From assembly GCF_001194135.2 (NCBI RefSeq), contig NC_068986.1:23253512-23313166 (forward strand): a DNA stretch of 59,655 bases, read 5' to 3'. The notes under the pieces were generated by a model. That model saw nothing but the letters and a program-made list of their open reading frames with translations. It was not told where the DNA came from and did no database searches. This document shows, piece by piece, positions 54,200 to 59,655 of this stretch (position 1 is its first letter; each line of letters starts with the position of its first letter). Position numbers and translations under genes: made by a program. Source of the DNA: Octopus bimaculoides. Taxonomy: Eukaryota.

Positions 54200-54921
54200 T
54201 ATATATATAATGTGACTGAGCACACTATTGGTTGTTGTTATACAACGCTGGTCACAATGCATTTTGTATCATTTTAACTTTTGAATGATGCCATCCTGCT
54301 GGCATGGCGAGCAGGCCAACATTCCCTCTGATTGGAAGGTTAGTCCGTTGCAGGGTTACCCATTTACAGCTGAGTGGACTGGACCAACATGAAATGAAGT
54401 GTTTTTCTCAAAAACACAATGCACTGCTGCTCTGGGAATTGAACCCACAATCTTACGACCATGAATGCAACACGCCTAACCACTAGGCCAGGCACCTTCA
54501 CATTATATATATATAATGTATATATGATGTGTGCTTGTGTATATTTATAGTTTTCATAAGCATTGTCTGATAGATAAAAATTTTAAATTATTTTTTAAAA
54601 GCCAAAACAATAGAAGTTGTTAATAATTTATAATAATAACATACATCAATGGTTAGTATTTTTACTTGGTTATTTCAATATATCAGGTTAACACTAACTG
54701 TTGACTTGTATCGTTAAGTTTTTTAACTTGGATTGTTTTGACTTTTAAACAAACAAACAAACAAACAAACAAAAAAGAATTGTAATTAAAGATATGTATT
54801 TTTCATCTATATATATAAACATGTTATATATACATGTGAGTGTCTCTATAATGTATGCTTATATATGAGTGTGTGTACATATGTGAATATATGTGTATAT
54901 CGATGTGTGTGTTTGTATCTA

Positions 54922-54952
<31 letters not shown>

Positions 54953-54991
54953 GCCTGTCTGTCTGTCTGTCTGCCTGTCTGTCTGTCTGCC

Positions 54992-55024
<33 letters not shown>

Positions 55025-55159
55025 GCCTGTNNNNNNNNNNTCCAGTAGCAAGGAAATTTCCACTGTCTGATGACATCAGGTAGCCACTAACAGTGGACAA
55101 GCTTTGCATAACATTCTACAAGGTTTTTACCCAAATCATATTAAACTATGTATATATGT

Positions 55160-55197
<38 letters not shown>

Positions 55198-56801
55198 CAC
55201 TCATATCTATATGTATGTATGTCTATGTACGTCTGTGAATGTTTGTGACTGCTTGGATATAGCTTTTCCTTAAAATGTTATATTAAAGACAACTGTTTTC
55301 AGGTTTAATATTTTTTTATTAATTTTATTATCTATTTTAATTTAATTTATTTTTTAGTTTTTCAATTTTGTTTTATGTCTCATTCAGAACAATAATATTC
55401 CTATGTCCATTGACTTTTCAAGACCTCGGTCCTATCTTCCTGAATGAAAATGATGATAACAGTGGCTGAGAAGGTTTTGTAACTTCGATAGCGTTCGGAA
55501 CCTTATTGTTCTGAACTAGGCTTCAAAAACTAAGATAATATGGGGAAGAAAGAAAGAAAAAAAGACATTGAAAAAACAGACCCCTTTCCCATAAAACCTG
55601 TTAATAAAGAGTTTGAACTTGAACGGTTGTGTCCTCAGTGTGATATAATATAATATAATGTAATTATATATATANNNNNNNNNNNNNNNNNNNNNNNNNN
55701 NNNNNNNNNNNNNNNNNNNNNNNNNNNNNNNNNNNNNNNNNNNNNNNNNNNNNNNNNNNNNNNNNNNNNNNNNNNNNNNNNNNNNNNNNNNNNNNNNNNN
55801 NNNNNNNNNNNNNNNNNNNNNNNNNNNNNNNNNNNNNNNNNNNNNNNNNNNNNNNNNNNNNNNNNNNNNNNNNNNNNNNNNNNNGGGGGGGATGTTTACA
55901 AGCACACACATACTCACATTTGCTGTCATCCTTCTATAAACCCCGTTCATTATATGTTCACAATTCAACGGACAAGCTAATGTTTAAAAAAAAAATGATT
56001 AAAAAATGTTTATAGTAAAAAAAAAAAAAATATCAAAATATAAATATATTTAAAGAATGATGATGGCGATGATGATGATGATAATAATAATAATAATAAT
56101 AATATTAATAATGATAATAATAATGATAATAGTAATATTAAGCAAAAAGCATAGAAGACAACAAAGTCAATAAAATGCGGAACAAAACAAGTGGAAAAAA
56201 AAAAGAGAAAGAAAACAACATAGACATACACAAATGAAATGATAGTTTATTGTTTGTTGTTTGTGTTGTTGATGTTTGATTTTTATCATCTTTCAGCATG
56301 ATTAATGGTTGTATTGGTGTATTTAACAAAAATATTGTCTGAAAACAAGGACAATGCTCTTAGTTCTCAAAGGCTTTGATTTGTGAGAAATGTCAGGGCA
56401 GGAGGTTGTAAGAGCCAAAATAATAATAATAATAAATAGATAAAAAATATTAAAAAAAACGAACACCCCAAAAATATAAAAAAAAAATGTTGACTATTTC
56501 CTAAACTATACTGAAATCACCAAGTATATCATTATTATTATTTATTTTCATAAATAATTTTTTTCTTAAAAGAAAAAGACAATGGCCACAATTTTTCGAG
56601 TCTTTGAATGGGAGACGAGCGGGGTTGCAGAGAGTTAAGGGCGGACGAAAAAAGAATATCATATTTGCTCATGTATAAGTCACATTTGTGTAAAATCTTG
56701 GTTCAAAATATCCCCGTTCATAGTTTTAGCTTTGCCCCGTAAGTCACACCCTAGTTATTTTCAGTTAAAATTAAGTTTAAAATAGTGCAACTTATACACA
56801 T

Positions 56802-57262
56802 GTGCAGGAATGGCTGTGTGGTAAGTAGCTTGCTTACCAACCACATGGTTCTGGGTTCAGTCCCACTGCGTGGCACCTTGGACAAGTGTCTTTTACTGTA
56901 GCCTCGGGCCGACCAAAGCCTTATGAGTGGATTTGGTAAATGGAAACTGAAAGAAACCTGTTGTATATATATATGCGTGTGTACATGTTTGTGTGTGTTT
57001 GTCCTCCCCAACATCGATTGATAACCGATGCTGGTGTGTTTACGTCCCTGTAACTTAGCAGTTGAACTAAAGAGACCAACAGAATAAGTACTTAGCGGTT
57101 CAACTAAAGAGACCAACAGAATAAGTACTTAGCGGTTCAACTAAAGAGACCAACAAAATAAGTACTAGGCATACAAAGAATAAGTTGTGGGTTCGATTTG
57201 CTCGACTAAAGGTAGTGCTCCAGCATGGCCGCAGTCAAATAACTGAAACAAGTAGAATAATA
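56802..57262 (+). mobile_element. SINE family A with internal 37-bp triplication (57053-57163)
   Basis: acttagcggttcaactaaagagaccaacagaataagt occurs three times. Confidence 0.88.
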
Positions 57263-58084
57263 AAAAAATGTAAATACGGCGTTTTCTAAACTATGCAAGC
57301 ACAATCAGCTGTATTTCTGAAACGATCCAATACCTACCTGCCTGTGTTAGTGAATTGGGGAATGTGGAATAAAGTGTTCTGTTTATTAAAAAACAAAAAG
57401 GCTCACTTTGTGGTTCAGTCCCACTGCACAGCACTTTGTGTAAGTGTCCTCCTTGCTCAATGATCAACCCCAGGCTGACCAATGTGAATGAATTTGGTAC
57501 AGGGGAAACTATATAGAAGCCCGTCACACGCACACACACATATATATAAGACGGTCGTTCAACAACGTTGATGATGATGACATACACACACACACACACA
57601 CACACTGCTTCTCTTAGTATTCATTAAAACTCTCCGACGAACGGGAACGTGAAAATCTGTGTAACAGTTCTGTGAATATTTTGCAGCTCAGCTCTTATAA
57701 TAGTGTGTGTGTGTAAGTATGTACACACACACACACACACATCTCTATGCTCTCCTTTTCAAGCCCTATAGGGCATCGTTTTCCATTAGCGTTATTTATG
57801 CACGTCTGGTATCAATATTGTCTCTTACCTGTATCGTTTTCTAATATGTCTTGTCTTATTCTATTGTCAATTACCGTTTGTTTATTTTGTCGCCCTCCTC
57901 TATTTTCACTCATTCATTTCCAACAGCTTTTTACTGCTAATGCCACCAAGGTGAAACAGTCTTATTGTTAAAGGCGCGAAATTGTCATGATTTTTGGATG
58001 ATAAGTGACGAGGGAAGAGTATGTCCACGTCTTCTGTGTGGTTTTCCATGTGTTCCTTTATTTGTCCGACAATGTAATTCTTAA

Positions 58085-58152
<68 letters not shown>

Positions 58153-58749
58153 GTGTGTGTGTGTGTGTGTGTGTGTGTTTCTCCTCCCACCATTTGACAA
58201 CTGGTTGTTGAATTGTTTACATCCCTATAACTTAGAAGTTTGGCAAAAGAGAGCGATAGAATAAATACCAGACTTTAGAAAATAAATTTTGGATTCTATT
58301 TGTTCAACTAAACCCCTCAAAGCAGTGCCCCCGCATGGCCGTAGTCCAATGACCGAAAAAAGTGGAAAATAAAAGATAAAATCAACATAAAAACGCTTGC
58401 AAGAGCAAGAATGTAAATGTTTTCTAAACATGCCACTCACTTCTGAAGTGACTCATAGAGCTTACGTTTTGCTGTGGATAAGAAATAAATCGTCCATCTC
58501 ATTCATTAAGGCTTCAGGTCAGATTACCAAATGACTCGGTTCTTATATCTGCCAGGTAGGCTGGAATGAGAACATTTAGAATAAAGCGTTTTGTTTAGAA
58601 ATCCAATGAAATACTTGGCAGAGCTATGAGACTATATACAACGAAGAGATTTAATTAACTGAAGCTATTCCTTTATCAAGAAGAGGTAAACATTGCTAAC
58701 GTTACTTAACTAAACCAAAGGTAATGGGGACAACTCCCGATATATTTTT

Positions 58750-59165
58750 ACCTTTTACTTGTTTCAGTCATTAGATTGTGGCCATGCTGGGGCACCGCCT
58801 CGAAGACGTTGTAGTTGAATGGATCTTAGTACTTATTTTATTGTTATTTTTTTTTCAAAATATGACACACACTCTATCGGTGCTTTTAGCCAAACCGCTA
58901 AGTTACAGGAACGTAAACACATCAGCATCGGTTGTCAAATGGTGGTGGGGGACAAACGCAGACACAAAGACGCGCCCATACACACACACACACCACATAT
59001 AAAGGACGGCCTTCTTTCAGTTTCCGTCAACCAAGTCCACTCACAAGACTTTTGTCGGCCCGGGGCTATAGTAGAAGGCACTTGCCCAAGGTGCCACACA
59101 GCGAGACTGAACCCGGAGCCATGTAGTTGGGAAGCAAACTTCTTACCTCATAGTTGCACCTATTT
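58750..59165 (-). mobile_element. SINE family A
   Basis: Reverse complement of the head, body and tail. Confidence 0.85.
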
Positions 59166-59349
59166 TAGAAATTAATTGGTGCACCAGAGCCAATTCTTTC
59201 TAATTTTGGTATAAGGTCAGCAATTTTGAGGGGAGGGGGAAAAATCGATTACACCAACTTCTGTATTTGGCTGGTACTTCATTTCTTGATAGGATGAAAA
59301 ACAAAGCTGATCTTGTTGGAACTTGAACTCAGAAGCAATTTGTCACTCA

Positions 59350-59574
59350 ATAATAATAATAATCCTTTGTACTATAGACACAATCCCTGAAATTTGGTGG
59401 GAGGCGGCTAGTCGATTAGATCGACCCCAGTACGCAGCTGGTACTTAATTTATCGACTCCGAAAGGATGAAACGCAAAGTCGACCCCGGCGGTATTTGAA
59501 CTCAGAACGTAAAAACGGACGAAATGCCGCTTAGCACATTTTGTCCGGTGCAGTAACGAGTTAGCCAATTCTCC
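59350..59574 (-). mobile_element. SINE family C
   Basis: gtcgattagatcgaccccagtacgcagctggtacttaatttatcgactccgaaaggatgaaacgcaaagtcgacc..gaactcagaacgt. Confidence 0.85.
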
Positions 59575-59603
59575 TAACAATGATAATGATAATGATGATG
59601 ATG

Positions 59604-59655
<52 letters not shown>

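Noticed and set aside
835-55968. Many ORFs made of X runs or HT/YI/CV/LS dipeptides
   Set aside because: Artefacts of N gaps and (CA)n, (TA)n, (TC)n, (TACA)n microsatellites.

Overview
AT-rich, repeat-dense animal genomic DNA with many N gaps. The SINE, MITE and microsatellite content suggests an octopod cephalopod, probably an Octopus draft assembly (inference). One protein-coding gene is on the + strand: an ACBD5/ACBD4-type peroxisomal acyl-CoA-binding protein. I reconstructed it by hand from 8 GT-AG exons with consistent phases (15738-47745, about 537 codons visible). It has an ACB domain, an FFAT-like motif, a coiled coil and a C-terminal tail anchor. The first coding exon was not found, and there is a probable extra 39-nt in-frame exon at 28867-28905. 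The rest is intronic or flanking DNA. It holds at least four SINE families, decayed mariner (DD34D) and Tc1 (DD36E) transposases, hAT, piggyBac and Tc1-type MITEs, LINE relics (RTE, HERO-like, CR1/Jockey-like), minisatellites and several near-perfect fold-backs. The most unusual signal is a set of minimal type-I hammerhead-ribozyme motifs from five or six unrelated repeat families (near 3.7, 20.9, 31.0, 32.2, 48.2 and possibly 57.6 kb). Several sit in Penelope-like inverted arrangements, and one lies behind a tRNA-derived Pol III head, resembling the Schistosoma Sm-alpha element. An RTE reverse-transcriptase fragment also carries a complete C4HC3 PHD-like finger inside the RT domain. All folds, alignments and family names come from reading the sequence and from memory; no searches were run.
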